DNA of 64,000 nt from Polyangiaceae bacterium (GCA_965222375.1 CBDCTZ010000014.1:864001-928000); one strand, 5' to 3'; shown: positions 27,909 to 40,376, numbered from the stretch's first letter. Made by a program: numbers and translations. The notes: generated from the sequence alone by a model not told the origin.

Positions 27909-29200
27909 GCCTGACCGTCATCCTCGTCTTGGTCGTGATCTTCAGCTTCGGCATCGGTCACCTGCTGACGCGATACGCTTCTCGTTTCGTCACTCTCAGC
28001 GGCGCAGAGTACATCTTGGTCGGCGTGCTCATCGGCCCCCACTTCCCCTGGAAGCTGATGAGCGATGCCGCACTGATTCAGCTCGCCCCGTTGATTTCGC
28101 TGCTGCTCGGCCTGGTGGGATTCGTGATTGGCCTGCGCGGCGGAGGCAGCGAGCGCCGCCTCGACGTGACCCTGGTGGGCTGGGTGTCCACCTTGCTGGT
28201 GCTCGTGACCGTCGCCGCGGCGGCGATCCCCGTGCTGCGCTGGATGGTGCCCATCGACGAGGCTCAATCCGACTTCGTGGTCAATCAGGTCTTGATCCGC
28301 AAATTCGGCTACATCCTGGAGATCCACTTCGCGAGCACTCACCTATGGGTAGCATTGGGGATTGGCGCTTCTGCTGCAGTGGCCTCGCCCTTCTTGCTCG
28401 AGTCGATGCACCGAATCACTGGCTCCGCGGGTCGAGTGACTCTGATGCTCGAGGCTACCGCTCGCTCCAGTCAGGTCGTTGCGGTTTTGGTACTCGGAGG
28501 CGTCCTGGCCACCGCACGAGCTACCGAAGCAGCGGGCCGCTTTTCGATGACCGTGGCCGAGTGGGTTCTGGCAGCGGTTGGCGTGGGCCTGGTCAGTGGC
28601 CTGCTGTTCGGCTTGTTCATTGGCAAAGAGAGCGAACCCTCGCGGATCTTCTTGGCGACGATTGGCTTGGTCACCTTCGCATCCGGAGTAGGAGCGGCGC
28701 TGGGGATCTCGCCTCTCTTCGTGACCATGCTCGCTGCCGTCACGGTCAGCGTGACCTCGGGGCATGCGGAGCACGTCCGCAAGCATGTGAGTCGGCTGCA
28801 ACATGCCTTGTTCGTGTTGTTGATGATCTTCGCTGGCGCCCTCTGGGATCCCGTGAGCGGTTGGGCGTGGCTATTGCCGCTGCTCTACGTGTTGGTTCGC
28901 TTCGCTGTCCGGCGCGTGGCGACGGCCCTCAGCGTGAGGCTGTTCTTGGACAAGCCCCTCATGACGCGACGCCTCGGAAACGGCCTCTTGTCCCAGGGCA
29001 CCCTGGCTGTGGCCATTGGCGTGAGCTTCGCCCAGCGTTTCCCCGAGTTCGCGTCGTTGATTCTCACGACGGTTCTCATCGGCACCATCCTGAGTGACCT
29101 GTTCAGCACTCGTGCCCTGCGGGCACTGCTTGCAGATGCGGGTGAGTTAGGCGACGAGCTGGAGCCGGAACCGACGCAAGAAGCGGAGGCGACGACGTGA
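27905..29200 (+). CDS. Cation:proton antiporter-like polytopic membrane protein
   Basis: ~12 TM helices; YILVGVLIGP, GISPLF, GLLSQG.LAVAI; GTGA overlap with the upstream gene. Confidence 0.75.
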   Translation: MSLTVILVLVVIFSFGIGHLLTRYASRFVTLSGAEYILVGVLIGPHFPWKLMSDAALIQLAPLISLLLGLVGFVIGLRGGGSERRLDVTLVGWVSTLLVLVTVAAAAIPVLRWMVPIDEAQSDFVVNQVLIRKFGYILEIHFASTHLWVALGIGASAAVASPFLLESMHRITGSAGRVTLMLEATARSSQVVAVLVLGGVLATARATEAAGRFSMTVAEWVLAAVGVGLVSGLLFGLFIGKESEPSRIFLATIGLVTFASGVGAALGISPLFVTMLAAVTVSVTSGHAEHVRKHVSRLQHALFVLLMIFAGALWDPVSGWAWLLPLLYVLVRFAVRRVATALSVRLFLDKPLMTRRLGNGLLSQGTLAVAIGVSFAQRFPEFASLILTTVLIGTILSDLFSTRALRALLADAGELGDELEPEPTQEAEATT

Positions 29201-29231
29201 ACGTCGAATCTGCCGCGTCGAGGAGGCGAGC

Positions 29232-32200
29232 ATGAGGCGACTGGTCGTCCTCGTCGTGCTGCTGGCCGTCATGTTCGGGCTCGACGCCCTGAAGGTGGAG
29301 GTGGCGGGAAAGAACCCCCTCACGCTGGCTGCCATCGGCTTCGTGCTGCTGGCTGCATACACCGTCGCAGAACTTGGTTCGGCCCTCTCGCTGCCTCGGG
29401 TCACGGGCTACATCCTGAGCGGCGTCGTCTTGGGGCCCTTCGTGTCGAACATCCTCTCCCGGGAAGTCGTCACCGAGATGCGCATGTTCAACACCTTGGC
29501 GCTGGGCTTGATCGCCGTTGGCGCCGGTTTGGAGTTGGACGTCAAACAGATCATCAAGATCTGGCGAACCTTGGTCAGCACGATCTTGGTCAAGATGCTG
29601 CTCGCGGCAGCCCTGGTGGGGGCGACGTTTTATGCGCTGCAGACCGCGCTGAGTACGCTGTCGCTGAGTGGCGGCGGACAAGTCCTGGCGGTCACCCTGA
29701 TCTTTGCGGCGCTTTCCATCGGGACATCTCCCGCAATTGCCCTCGCCGTGATGAACGAGACTCGCGCCAAGGGTCGACTGATGGACCTCGTGCTCGGTGC
29801 AGCGGTGCTGAAGGACTTGGTGGTCGTGATCTGCCTGGCCGTGGCGATTGCGGTTGCGAAGTCCTTCCTGGGTGCGACCGGAAGCGACGACAGCGTCTTG
29901 GTTCTGGTCGCCGAGGAACTCGGGTATTCCATCCTTGCCGGCGGCATTCTCGGCGTTCTGCTGATTGGCTACATCCGCTTCGTGCACGCGGAGATGCTGC
30001 TCTTTGTCGCCGCCATGATTCTGGTGGTCTCCGAAGTTGGAACTGTTTTGCATCTCGAGCTGCTGTTGGTGTTCATCACCGCGGGCTTCGTGGTGCGGAA
30101 CTTCTCCAAGTACGAGCACGAGTTGATGGACCCGGTGCAACTCGTGGCGCTGCCGGTGTTCGTGGTCTTCTTCACCAACGCTGGTGCCGGAATCGACCTG
30201 ACCGCTACCTGGCAGGTACTGCCTCTCGCCTTGGCGTTGTGCGCAGCGCGAGCAGTGGGCTACATCATCGCGGGGCGTTTGGGCGGGCGGTTTGGCGGCG
30301 AGGGGGAGTACGTCACGAAGAACGCCTGGCTGGGCTACCTGCCTCAAGCCGGCGTGACCCTTGGACTGGTCGGCCTCGCGGCTCAGCAGCTGCCCGCGGT
30401 AGGTCCGCAGATAACCGCGCTTGGTATGGCGGTGGTGGGCATCAACCTACTTATCGGGCCCGTCACCCTACGCAAGGCCCTGAAGGGCGCTGGTGAAATC
30501 CCGGATGACGCGGAGGCCGAAGGACCCGAGTCGGCCGCACTTTCACCGGGTGAGTCCAAGGCAGCGGTGGGCAGCCCAACGCTGCCTCCTCTGCCAGATA
30601 GTGAAGAACGAGTCGCGGCGATGCTCGCCGCAATGCAAACCCCCAAGCTCAACAGCTTGGTTCGGGACCTGTATGCGGAGCTTGAGGGCGCCGTGCGTGG
30701 CTTTGCTCAAGAGCAGCTGTTGCCCTGGACGCGCGATTTCGGCGAAACCGTCGAACCCATTGGCACAGCCGCAGAGTCCGAGAGGATCAAGGAGATTGAG
30801 CGCTGGTCCGTGGAGTCGCACGCCGCGGATCTGGACGCACGCGTCGAGGCCTGTCGCGACTTGTACCGCAACCTTCGCCAGGCGCTCATGCGCTGCCCTG
30901 AGGAGGTGGAAGTCGAGCTGGAGGAACGCAACCGCAAGGTGCTGCCGGGGGACGGGCTCGCCGTGCGTTGGCGAAAACGTGGGCGCGCTGTCAAGCGAGC
31001 GCTTACCTTCGGTAGGCGTGGCACCACCCGGCGCATCCCGGTCCAGATCCTGGTGCGGCACGAGCTCGAACCACGCATTGCGGCGCTTGCGGTGACGGCC
31101 CTGGGGTTGTGGTGTCGGGCCCAGGCCGGAGTGGTGCAGGAGCTGCGCGCCTTGGCCATAGAGGGTGGCAATGGTGCCGACACGCATCACGCGGTTGAAC
31201 GCCGTCTCCAGCTGCTGTTGGAACGCTTTGAGGCCGACGCGCGGATCACCCTGCTCGACGGGCTCGATGCCCTGGCGGACCCTTTGGGGCTGGTCGACGG
31301 ACCCTCGCTGAGTCGTAGAAAGATTCGCTATTCGGATGTGGACGCTGAAGTGCGTGAGCAGCTGCGAAGTCTCGAGTCCAGCGGTGACGCCTGGCGAGAC
31401 GCTCTCGACGCCGATCAGGGCTCCCTGCGTCTGAGCGTCGAGCTGGCCATGATCGAAGCGGAGCTGTCGCGATCTCTGGAGGAGAGCGTGCTGTCCCCTG
31501 CCGCAAACGCTTTCGATCACATTGAGTCGGTCGTTGATTCCGTGCGCGGCAAACTGTCAGCCATTCGCGACGGCATGCCTCTGGACCGAGCGCTGGATCT
31601 GGAGGAGCGCGAGACGCTGACGACCCAATGCACCAGCGCCTGCGACCAGGAGGTCAACACTTCCCTCGAGCGTGGCGCGGCCCGCTTGCGTGCCGCGGCC
31701 TCAGCACACCTCGTTGCCCTCGAAGCCCGAACGGTGATTGAGGCGTTGCCCGAGACCATCTTGCTCGCCCGGACGGACACCCCAGTGCTGCTGGCTACGG
31801 ATCCCAGGGACGTGAAGACGCGGCAAGTGGCGTTGCGTCAGGCGGCCAATGTCTTGGTCATCGAACGGCTCTTGCCCGCGATCGACGAGCAGATCCGGGA
31901 CATGACCACCACAGTGGCCAAGACTTCAGGACTGATCCGGGAGTCGGCGGATATCGCAGCGCACGCTTTGGAAAGCCATGGCACCGAAGATGGGGCCGTG
32001 GAACGAGAAGCGGTTTACGAAGCCTTCGAGCGTGCGCTGTTTCGATTGGATGAGCACCTGACCGCGTTGGATGACGGCATCACGCGAGCCAGCGCTGGCA
32101 TTCGACTCGGTGCGGAAACTGCCTTGGACGACCTCTCCCGACTCGCAGACGAGGGCGACGCCGTTGCGGCGGAGAGGGGAGGCGTCTTCGCCTGGGTGCA

Positions 32201-33437
32201 ACGCCGGGCGAAGGCTGCGATGGGGCCGGCGTTCTTGTCGATTCGAGAGCGTGTTCGAAGTGCGAGTGCCATGGTGCAACGCCTCGGCGGAACCCAGATT
32301 TCCGAAGAAGTACTGGGCCGGCCTGCGGGCACAGAACTAGCGGCCTCGGACATCCGGGAGCACACGGAACTCTACCGCGGCGACGAGGAGCTGCCGAAGG
32401 ACTACCTGAGCTTGTTCCGGGTCCAGCCCGTTCGTGAACATCGCTTGTTCACTGCGTACGAAGCGCAGCTCCGAGAGATCATCGAGTGCGAGCGGCGCTG
32501 GCTGTCCGGGACCGGGAGCTCGGCCTTGTTGGTCGGTGCCCACGGGTCCGGTCGAACCAGCATGCTCAATTTGTGTGAGCTGGAGCTCTCTGCACCTCGG
32601 CTGCTGCGGCCCCAGCCCATCGATTGGCGACGAGAAATCGGCCTGGTAGACGCCGTGGCCATTGAGCTCGGCGTGCGCCCGCGACGGCAAACTGTCATCC
32701 GCGCGCTGTCACAAGCGAAAACGACTGTGCTCATCGACGACTTGGAGCAGTGGTTTTCGCCCGACGTGCGCGGCCTGCGTGAGCTCGAGAGCTTCCTGGA
32801 TCTGGTGGTCACGACCAAAGACTCGACCTTCTGGCTTGCGGCCGCCGCGAGCGAAGCGCTCGTACTGCTAGAAGAGAGCGTCAATGTCCGCCAACCCTTT
32901 GCCAGCGTGATCACCCTCGAGCCCCTCAAGCCTGAGACCCTCGCCAACGCCATTGAAGGGCGACACACCCTCAGCGGCAGGAAGGTCCAGTACCCTGCGA
33001 CCTTGGCTTCGGGCGTGCTCCGTCGCTTGCGTCAGGCTGACGACCGCCTACTCTATTTCAGCGTTCTTGCTCGGGTCACCGAAGGCAATCTGTCTCGGGC
33101 GCTGCCGACTTGGATCAAGTCCGTCGAATTGGACGATGAGGGGCAGGTCACCCCGCAGATCCACAAGACGCTATCGCTGGGGTTGCCGTACCTTTCCCGA
33201 TTGCCCGTCGCGGTCATCGGCATGCTGGTGCAGCTCGTGAGATTTGGACCCATGGACGAGAAGGAGTTGATGGCAAGCCTGTGCTTGGGGCGCTCGGAAA
33301 CTCGTCGACACCTGCACTTCTTGCTCACTTCCGGGTTGGTCGAACCTGCTGCGTCGAGCAAGCGCGCCTTGGGCATACCCGCGGACCTCCGGCCTTTGAT
33401 CTTCCAGGGTCTGCGCGGCATGGGGGCGTTGCAATGA
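29232..33437 (+). CDS. Fusion: cation:proton antiporter + long helical region + P-loop NTPase-like domain + C-terminal winged helix
   Basis: LPRVTGYILSGVVLGP, TSPA, LPQAGVTLGL (CPA); LLVGAHGSGRTS (32535-32561) and VLIDDLE; C-terminal ELMASLCL...RRHLHFL...GLVE; AGGAGG RBS. Confidence 0.8.
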   Translation: MRRLVVLVVLLAVMFGLDALKVEVAGKNPLTLAAIGFVLLAAYTVAELGSALSLPRVTGYILSGVVLGPFVSNILSREVVTEMRMFNTLALGLIAVGAGLELDVKQIIKIWRTLVSTILVKMLLAAALVGATFYALQTALSTLSLSGGGQVLAVTLIFAALSIGTSPAIALAVMNETRAKGRLMDLVLGAAVLKDLVVVICLAVAIAVAKSFLGATGSDDSVLVLVAEELGYSILAGGILGVLLIGYIRFVHAEMLLFVAAMILVVSEVGTVLHLELLLVFITAGFVVRNFSKYEHELMDPVQLVALPVFVVFFTNAGAGIDLTATWQVLPLALALCAARAVGYIIAGRLGGRFGGEGEYVTKNAWLGYLPQAGVTLGLVGLAAQQLPAVGPQITALGMAVVGINLLIGPVTLRKALKGAGEIPDDAEAEGPESAALSPGESKAAVGSPTLPPLPDSEERVAAMLAAMQTPKLNSLVRDLYAELEGAVRGFAQEQLLPWTRDFGETVEPIGTAAESERIKEIERWSVESHAADLDARVEACRDLYRNLRQALMRCPEEVEVELEERNRKVLPGDGLAVRWRKRGRAVKRALTFGRRGTTRRIPVQILVRHELEPRIAALAVTALGLWCRAQAGVVQELRALAIEGGNGADTHHAVERRLQLLLERFEADARITLLDGLDALADPLGLVDGPSLSRRKIRYSDVDAEVREQLRSLESSGDAWRDALDADQGSLRLSVELAMIEAELSRSLEESVLSPAANAFDHIESVVDSVRGKLSAIRDGMPLDRALDLEERETLTTQCTSACDQEVNTSLERGAARLRAAASAHLVALEARTVIEALPETILLARTDTPVLLATDPRDVKTRQVALRQAANVLVIERLLPAIDEQIRDMTTTVAKTSGLIRESADIAAHALESHGTEDGAVEREAVYEAFERALFRLDEHLTALDDGITRASAGIRLGAETALDDLSRLADEGDAVAAERGGVFAWVQRRAKAAMGPAFLSIRERVRSASAMVQRLGGTQISEEVLGRPAGTELAASDIREHTELYRGDEELPKDYLSLFRVQPVREHRLFTAYEAQLREIIECERRWLSGTGSSALLVGAHGSGRTSMLNLCELELSAPRLLRPQPIDWRREIGLVDAVAIELGVRPRRQTVIRALSQAKTTVLIDDLEQWFSPDVRGLRELESFLDLVVTTKDSTFWLAAAASEALVLLEESVNVRQPFASVITLEPLKPETLANAIEGRHTLSGRKVQYPATLASGVLRRLRQADDRLLYFSVLARVTEGNLSRALPTWIKSVELDDEGQVTPQIHKTLSLGLPYLSRLPVAVIGMLVQLVRFGPMDEKELMASLCLGRSETRRHLHFLLTSGLVEPAASSKRALGIPADLRPLIFQGLRGMGALQ

Positions 33438-34340
33438 CCCCGCGTCTCCGAGCGTTCGCCGGAGTGGCCCTTGGCTTGGCCTTGACCGCGTGCAATCGGA
33501 GCTTGCCGGAACTCGGCACGCCCGACACCGCTGGGCCCGTCGGGCACACTATGGTCGAGCGCCTCGCGGCGGAAGCGGAGCGCCTGGGCGCACTGCTGCG
33601 CCTCGACTTCCTGTTCAAGCTCGCCTTGCTGGTGATCGCGTCCATGCTCGTGACTCGCGTGGTCACCTTTCTCGTGCGCTTGGCCTGGCGGGTGGGCCTC
33701 GACGCCCAAAGGCGCCTGTCCTGGTGGGAAGGCGGCTCGCGTGTGGTGGTGGGGGCCTTCGTACTCTACGTGCTCGGACGAAGCATCGCGCGAGCTGCAC
33801 CTATCCTCTCTGCAGTTGGCCTCGTCTTCCTCGTGGTTGCCGCGTCTTGGGTGTTCTCCGCGCACCTGCAGAATGCTCTGACCGGCATCGGGCTGCTGTT
33901 CCGGCGCCAGCTGCGCAACGGTGATCGGATTCAAGTAGGTGGCCTCGATGGCGTGGTGCGAGCCGTAGGGCTGATGAATCTCGAACTCGTGAAAGCCGAC
34001 GGCTCGCGTGTGATGCTGCCGAACAGGCTGCTGAATCAGCAAGCGCTGACGGTGGCGAGGGAGAAGAACAGCGTGCCTGTGCGCGTACGTTTGCGTTTCG
34101 ACTCCGCACCGTCCCAGAGCATGTTGGAGCAGGCTCGTCGTGCCGCGCTGCTTTCGCCCTACCGTGCGCCACGCTCTTCCGTTGAGGTCTCTCGGGATCC
34201 AGACGACCTATGCGTCATGGACGTTGGAGTGCAGGTTTGGGCAGCCGCCGCCGCTCGCGCAGCGACGGATCACCTGGAGAGCAGCCTCCGAGCCGCGCTG
34301 CCCGAGCCGCCCCGGCCGCAAGACGCCAAGGAAGCTCCAA

Positions 34341-34354
<14 letters not shown>
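33434..34354 (+). CDS. MscS-family mechanosensitive channel
   Basis: TM helices then LQNALTG...[15 protein letters not shown]...LPN; ATGA overlap. Confidence 0.85.
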
Positions 34355-35696
<1,342 letters not shown>

Positions 35697-35729
35697 CACA
35701 CAGTTGGTGCTAGGCTCTGCGAGGTTTCG

Positions 35730-37721
35730 ATGAAACTCGTCAAAGTCGCAGCGGCCACGCTGAACCAGACGCCCTTCGATTGGGAGGGCAACGCCCGCAA
35801 CATTCGCGCGGCGATGGATCAAGCACGCGCCGAGGGCATCGGCATCTTGTGTTTGCCGGAACTGTGTATCACCGGCTACGGCTGCGAGGACATGTTCTTG
35901 TCGCCGGCGGTGCTCGATATGGCGTTTGACGTGCTTTTCGAGCTGCTGCCGGACACCAAAGGCCTCGTGGTCAGCTTAGGCCTTCCGCTCCGCTACAACA
36001 AGGCCGTTTTTAACACGAGCTGTCTGGTCGAAAACGGACGCCTATTGGGGTTCACCGCCAAGCGCGCCTTGGCCGGGGATGGCATCCACTACGAGCCCCG
36101 TTGGTTCAAGGCTTGGCCGCGAGGCAAACGCGCCCACTTCACTCGCCGCGGTCAGCGATTCCCGATCGGTGACGTTCACTTCGACGTTGGCGGGATCAAG
36201 ATCGGTTTCGAGATCTGCGAGGACGCTTGGATCGCCCAGCGCCCCGGAGCAGAGTTGTCCTTGGATGCCGTGGATGTGATCCTAAACCCGAGTGCGAGCC
36301 ACTTTTCCTTCGGAAAGAAGGAAGTGCGACGACGCTTGGTCCTCGAGGGCTCCCGTGCCTTTGGTGTCAGCTACGTGTACGCAAACTTGCTCGGAAACGA
36401 GGCAGGTCGCGCGATCTATGACGGTGACGCGATGATCGCCACCGGCGGCAAGCTTCAGGCCACCGCGCCACGCTTCTCGTTCAAACCTGTGACACTGATC
36501 TCGGCCACCATCGACGTGGATCTCACCCGAAGCCGGCATGGTTGGCTGTCCAGCTACCAGCCGGTCGTCTCGCCGGATCCCGAGGAATGTGTCGTCGCTC
36601 AGCACGATTATCCGAGCGCAGAAATCACGAAGAGCGTCGTGAAAGAGCCGGCCTGGGAGACCTCTGAATTCATCAAAGAAGAGGAGTTCACCCGTGCCGT
36701 CACCCTCGGGCTGTTCGACTACATGCGCAAGAGCCGTTCTCGGGGCTTCGTGGTGTCCCTCAGCGGTGGCGCGGACTCCGCGGCGGTGTTGTGCTTGTGC
36801 GCCCTCATGGTCGAGATGGCGCGGGCCGAATTGACTCCCGAGGGATTTGCCAAACGGCTTTCCTATTTGGGCGGAGTCGACGCTGGGGCGGATGCCCGGG
36901 CCTGGATCCGGTATCTGGTGACCACGGCGTATCAGGCGACGCGCAACAGTGGCGAGGTCACGCGCGCTGCGGCCAAGTCCGTGGCGGAGGCCGTAGGTGC
37001 GAATCATCACGAACTCGATGTGGACGAGCTGGTGAGCGGCTACACCAAGCTGGCTGAAGAGGCTCTCGGCAGGGCCCTGGATTGGAAAGGAGACGACATC
37101 GCCCTTCAGAACATCCAAGCCCGGGCTAGAGCGCCGGGCATTTGGATGCTCGCCAATGTTCAAGGTGGCTTGCTGCTGTCCACGAGCAACCGCAGCGAAG
37201 CGGCTGTCGGCTACGCCACCATGGACGGAGACACCGCTGGTGGCCTTTCGCCCATCGCTGGGATCGACAAGGCTTTTCTGCGGCGCTGGCTCGCATGGCT
37301 GCAATCCCGCGGACCCGAAGGTCGCGGCCCTGTCCCAGAGCTTGCAGCGGTCACGGAGCAGGCCCCGACCGCTGAGTTGCGGCCTCAGGAGTCGAAGCAG
37401 ACCGACGAAGACGATCTCATGCCCTATGAGCTACTCGACGCCGTCGAACGCGCCGCGATTCGGGATAAGCGGGGGCCGGCAGAAGTCTACGATCTGATGC
37501 GTGCGGCCTTTCCCGCTCACCCGCCCTTGACCTTGCTCGGATGGATCGAACGCTTCTTTCGACTCTGGAGTCGCAATCAGTGGAAGCGAGAACGCTACGC
37601 GCCGAGTTTCCACCTCGACGACGCCAATCTGGACCCGAAGACCTGGTGCCGGTTCCCGATCTTGAGCGGTGGCTTCGAGCGCGAGCTTGCCGCGTTGCGA
37701 AAGCGCGTGGAGAGCGATTAG
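35730..37721 (+). CDS. nadE: Glutamine-dependent NAD(+) synthetase
   Basis: Nitrilase domain (PELCITGY, YEPRWF, EICED), SLSGGADS, QNIQAR.R, SNRSE..VGY.T..GD, PTAEL. Confidence 0.95.
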   Translation: MKLVKVAAATLNQTPFDWEGNARNIRAAMDQARAEGIGILCLPELCITGYGCEDMFLSPAVLDMAFDVLFELLPDTKGLVVSLGLPLRYNKAVFNTSCLVENGRLLGFTAKRALAGDGIHYEPRWFKAWPRGKRAHFTRRGQRFPIGDVHFDVGGIKIGFEICEDAWIAQRPGAELSLDAVDVILNPSASHFSFGKKEVRRRLVLEGSRAFGVSYVYANLLGNEAGRAIYDGDAMIATGGKLQATAPRFSFKPVTLISATIDVDLTRSRHGWLSSYQPVVSPDPEECVVAQHDYPSAEITKSVVKEPAWETSEFIKEEEFTRAVTLGLFDYMRKSRSRGFVVSLSGGADSAAVLCLCALMVEMARAELTPEGFAKRLSYLGGVDAGADARAWIRYLVTTAYQATRNSGEVTRAAAKSVAEAVGANHHELDVDELVSGYTKLAEEALGRALDWKGDDIALQNIQARARAPGIWMLANVQGGLLLSTSNRSEAAVGYATMDGDTAGGLSPIAGIDKAFLRRWLAWLQSRGPEGRGPVPELAAVTEQAPTAELRPQESKQTDEDDLMPYELLDAVERAAIRDKRGPAEVYDLMRAAFPAHPPLTLLGWIERFFRLWSRNQWKRERYAPSFHLDDANLDPKTWCRFPILSGGFERELAALRKRVESD

Positions 37722-37727
37722 CCCGGC

Positions 37728-39428
37728 TCAGGCCGGGGCAGCTGGGCGCCGGCCGGAGCCGGGCTCCGCGGCTGCTTGCACCAAGGCGGCAGTGATTTCG
37801 TGGGCCGGCGTTTCGAAAATGCGCTGGGTGGGGCCGGATTCGACGGCTCGGCCATCGTTCATGATCATCACGTCGTCGCAGATTTCGGCGAGGACCCCGA
37901 GATCGTGAGAAACGAACACCACGGCCAGGCCGCGGGCCTGGATGCGATCCGAAAGCAGCGCCAGCAGCGAGGCTTGAGTCGTGGCATCCAGGGCCGTGGT
38001 GGGCTCGTCGAGTAGGAGCAGATCCGGGTCATTGGCCATAGCGATTGCGAGGGCCACACGTTGGCGCATTCCGCCGGACAGCTCGTGAGGGTAGGCTCGT
38101 AGCCGTGCTGCAGGGTCTGCCACGCGAACTTCACGCAGCAGCGCCTCGGCCTTGTCTGCGGCTTCCGCTGCAGTTTGCGGCTGGTGCAACTGGATGGCTT
38201 CGGTGATCTGATCGCCGATGCGAAACAGGGGGTGCAAACTGGACTGCGGGTTCTGAGGCACGTAGCCGATGTGTTTGCCGAGCAGTGCCGCCTGCTGGGG
38301 CGAGCCTGGCTGCATCGCATTGCCCGCGAAGGAGATGGCGCCGCCTTCGACGTGAAGGCCACTGGGTAGCAGTCCGAGAATGGACAGCAGGGTCAACGAC
38401 TTGCCGGAGCCGCTCGGACCAGCGATGCCCAGGGCGCGGCCGGCCGCAACATCAACGTCGACTCCCCGCAGCAAGCGCTGGTTTTGCGCGAACAAGGTCA
38501 GCCCGCGCACTTCGAGCAAAGGATCCGCGGGTTCGTCCCGCACGGGCGACGAAGTTTTCGAGGGCGCCGCGGAGCTGGGCAAAGTATCCGGCCCCTCTGT
38601 GGGCCACTCCGACGGCTCCGACTTGCTTCGCGGATCGCTGAGCAGATTCAGCGCGACGACCACCGCTGAAAGACACGCGGCCGGCAGCAGCACCGCGTGG
38701 GGGGAGCTGACCAGGAGGTGGCGCGCCTGTCCGACCATGGTGCCCAAGTCCGCGGTGGGAGGCTGCGCGCCCAAGCCCAAAAAACTCAGGCCGGCGGTTT
38801 CGACCACCATCCAGCCTGCGGACGTTGCTGCGGCGGCAGAAAGGGGCGCCCACAGCGCCGGGAGCAGATGCCGAGTCAGGATTCGGAAATTACCCGCCCC
38901 CAATGCGCGCGCGGCGATCACGTACTCCTCGGCGGTCACGCTCAGGGCCGCGCCCCGCATGCTCCGAGCAAAAAACGGCACGTTCACAATCGCGATGGCG
39001 ACCATCGCATGGGTCAAGCTCGGGCCGAGTACCGCGACAATGCCCAACGCCAAAAGCAGATAGGGGAAGGAGAGCACGACGTCGACGCTGCGCATCAAGA
39101 CGAAGTCGACGAGCTTGCCGTAGTAGGCTGCCGCCACGCCCAGAGTGGTCCCAATCCCGGCGGCAACGCCCACTCCGATGACTCCGATGCCCAGGGAGAG
39201 ACGAGTTGCGTGCACCAGCCGCGACAGCATGTCCCGGCCGAGCTGATCCGTTCCCAGAAGGTGCCCTGAAGCGCCCGGCGGCAATAGGCGCTGGTCGAGA
39301 GCTGTCAGATTTGGGTCAATCAAAGGCAGGGCCGGCGCAAGCACGACCAGGCCGATCACGGCTACGATGGCGGCGCCGCGGAGCCTGCGCTGGTTGCCGC
39401 GCGGCTTCGTGGATTGCGTCGCCCTCAT
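37728..39428 (-). CDS. Peptide/nickel ABC transporter, fused permease (DppC-like) and ATPase (DppD-like)
   Basis: HLLGTDQLGRD, EAA loop, LSFLGLG, then GPSGSGKS, YPHELSGGMRQR, DEPTTALD in one frame. Confidence 0.88.
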   Translation of the reverse strand: MRATQSTKPRGNQRRLRGAAIVAVIGLVVLAPALPLIDPNLTALDQRLLPPGASGHLLGTDQLGRDMLSRLVHATRLSLGIGVIGVGVAAGIGTTLGVAAAYYGKLVDFVLMRSVDVVLSFPYLLLALGIVAVLGPSLTHAMVAIAIVNVPFFARSMRGAALSVTAEEYVIAARALGAGNFRILTRHLLPALWAPLSAAAATSAGWMVVETAGLSFLGLGAQPPTADLGTMVGQARHLLVSSPHAVLLPAACLSAVVVALNLLSDPRSKSEPSEWPTEGPDTLPSSAAPSKTSSPVRDEPADPLLEVRGLTLFAQNQRLLRGVDVDVAAGRALGIAGPSGSGKSLTLLSILGLLPSGLHVEGGAISFAGNAMQPGSPQQAALLGKHIGYVPQNPQSSLHPLFRIGDQITEAIQLHQPQTAAEAADKAEALLREVRVADPAARLRAYPHELSGGMRQRVALAIAMANDPDLLLLDEPTTALDATTQASLLALLSDRIQARGLAVVFVSHDLGVLAEICDDVMIMNDGRAVESGPTQRIFETPAHEITAALVQAAAEPGSGRRPAAPA

Positions 39429-40375
39429 GCATCCACCCGCGGATCGAGGGCTCGCTGAGTCAGATCTGCCGCCAAGCTCGTCAGCACGTAAGCGGTCGAG
39501 AGCACGAGTACTGAGCCTTGCATCAAAAGCAGATCGCGTTTTTCTACGGCATCCACGAGCAGGCGACCCAGCCCCGGCCACTGAAAGACGCTCTCCACGT
39601 AGACGGCGCCCCCCAATACGAAGCCGCCTTGCAAGCCGATGACGGGAACGACGCGGGCCAGCGCGGTGCGAAAAATGTGTCGGTAGAACACGACATCTTC
39701 CGAAAGGCCCTTTGCTCGGGCCAGGCGTACGTAGTCCTCGGATGCGGCGTCGAGGGCGTAGCGCCGGGTCAGCCGCGCGATGACGCTTGCCGACACCAAT
39801 CCGAGGGAGAGCCCGGGCAAGACGACATGGGATGAAACGTCCCGGATCAGCCAGGTTCCGCCGAGGGCGTCGCGCATTCCACTGACCGGGTACAGGCCTG
39901 CCCACGCCGCAAAGGTCAGCATGATCACCAGCGCCAATACGAAGGTCGGCATGGAGATTCCCAACAGGCTCAACCCGCCAAGCCAAGCTCCACGCCGCTT
40001 TCCCGCATGGCGCGCCGACACCATGCCAACCCAGAGCCCGGCACAGATTGCGAAGGTCAGCGCAACCAGCGCCAGCAAGAGCGTCGGCCCCAGACGCTGC
40101 CAAACTGCTTGGCGTACGGGAAGATCCAATGAGTAGGCGTGGCCCAGGTCTCCTCGCAGCACGTTACTCAGCCACCTCAGGTAGCGCGCCGGCCACGAGC
40201 CATCCATTCCGAGTTCGTGACGAAGTGAAGCGACGCGTTCGGCTGTTGCATAGGGCCCAAGCAGCGCGCTGGCGGGGTCACCGGGGATCAGTGCGGTCAG
40301 CCCGAACACCAGCAGGCTGAGCACCAGCCACGTCGGCACCAGAAGCAACACTCGCTTGAGTAGGTAGCGGGCCAA
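39425..40375 (-). CDS. Peptide ABC transporter permease (DppB-like)
   Basis: PGDPA, GDLG, DYVRLARAKGL, ESVFQWPGLG. Confidence 0.92.
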   Translation of the reverse strand: MARYLLKRVLLLVPTWLVLSLLVFGLTALIPGDPASALLGPYATAERVASLRHELGMDGSWPARYLRWLSNVLRGDLGHAYSLDLPVRQAVWQRLGPTLLLALVALTFAICAGLWVGMVSARHAGKRRGAWLGGLSLLGISMPTFVLALVIMLTFAAWAGLYPVSGMRDALGGTWLIRDVSSHVVLPGLSLGLVSASVIARLTRRYALDAASEDYVRLARAKGLSEDVVFYRHIFRTALARVVPVIGLQGGFVLGGAVYVESVFQWPGLGRLLVDAVEKRDLLLMQGSVLVLSTAYVLTSLAADLTQRALDPRVDA

Positions 40376-40376
40376 G

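Noticed and set aside
35700..35725. sigma54 promoter before nadE
   Set aside because: GG-to-GC spacing is 11 and the match to consensus is poor
39429..40103. Extra 225 aa at the start of the 791-aa ABC ORF
   Set aside because: Alternative frame overlapping the DppB-like gene
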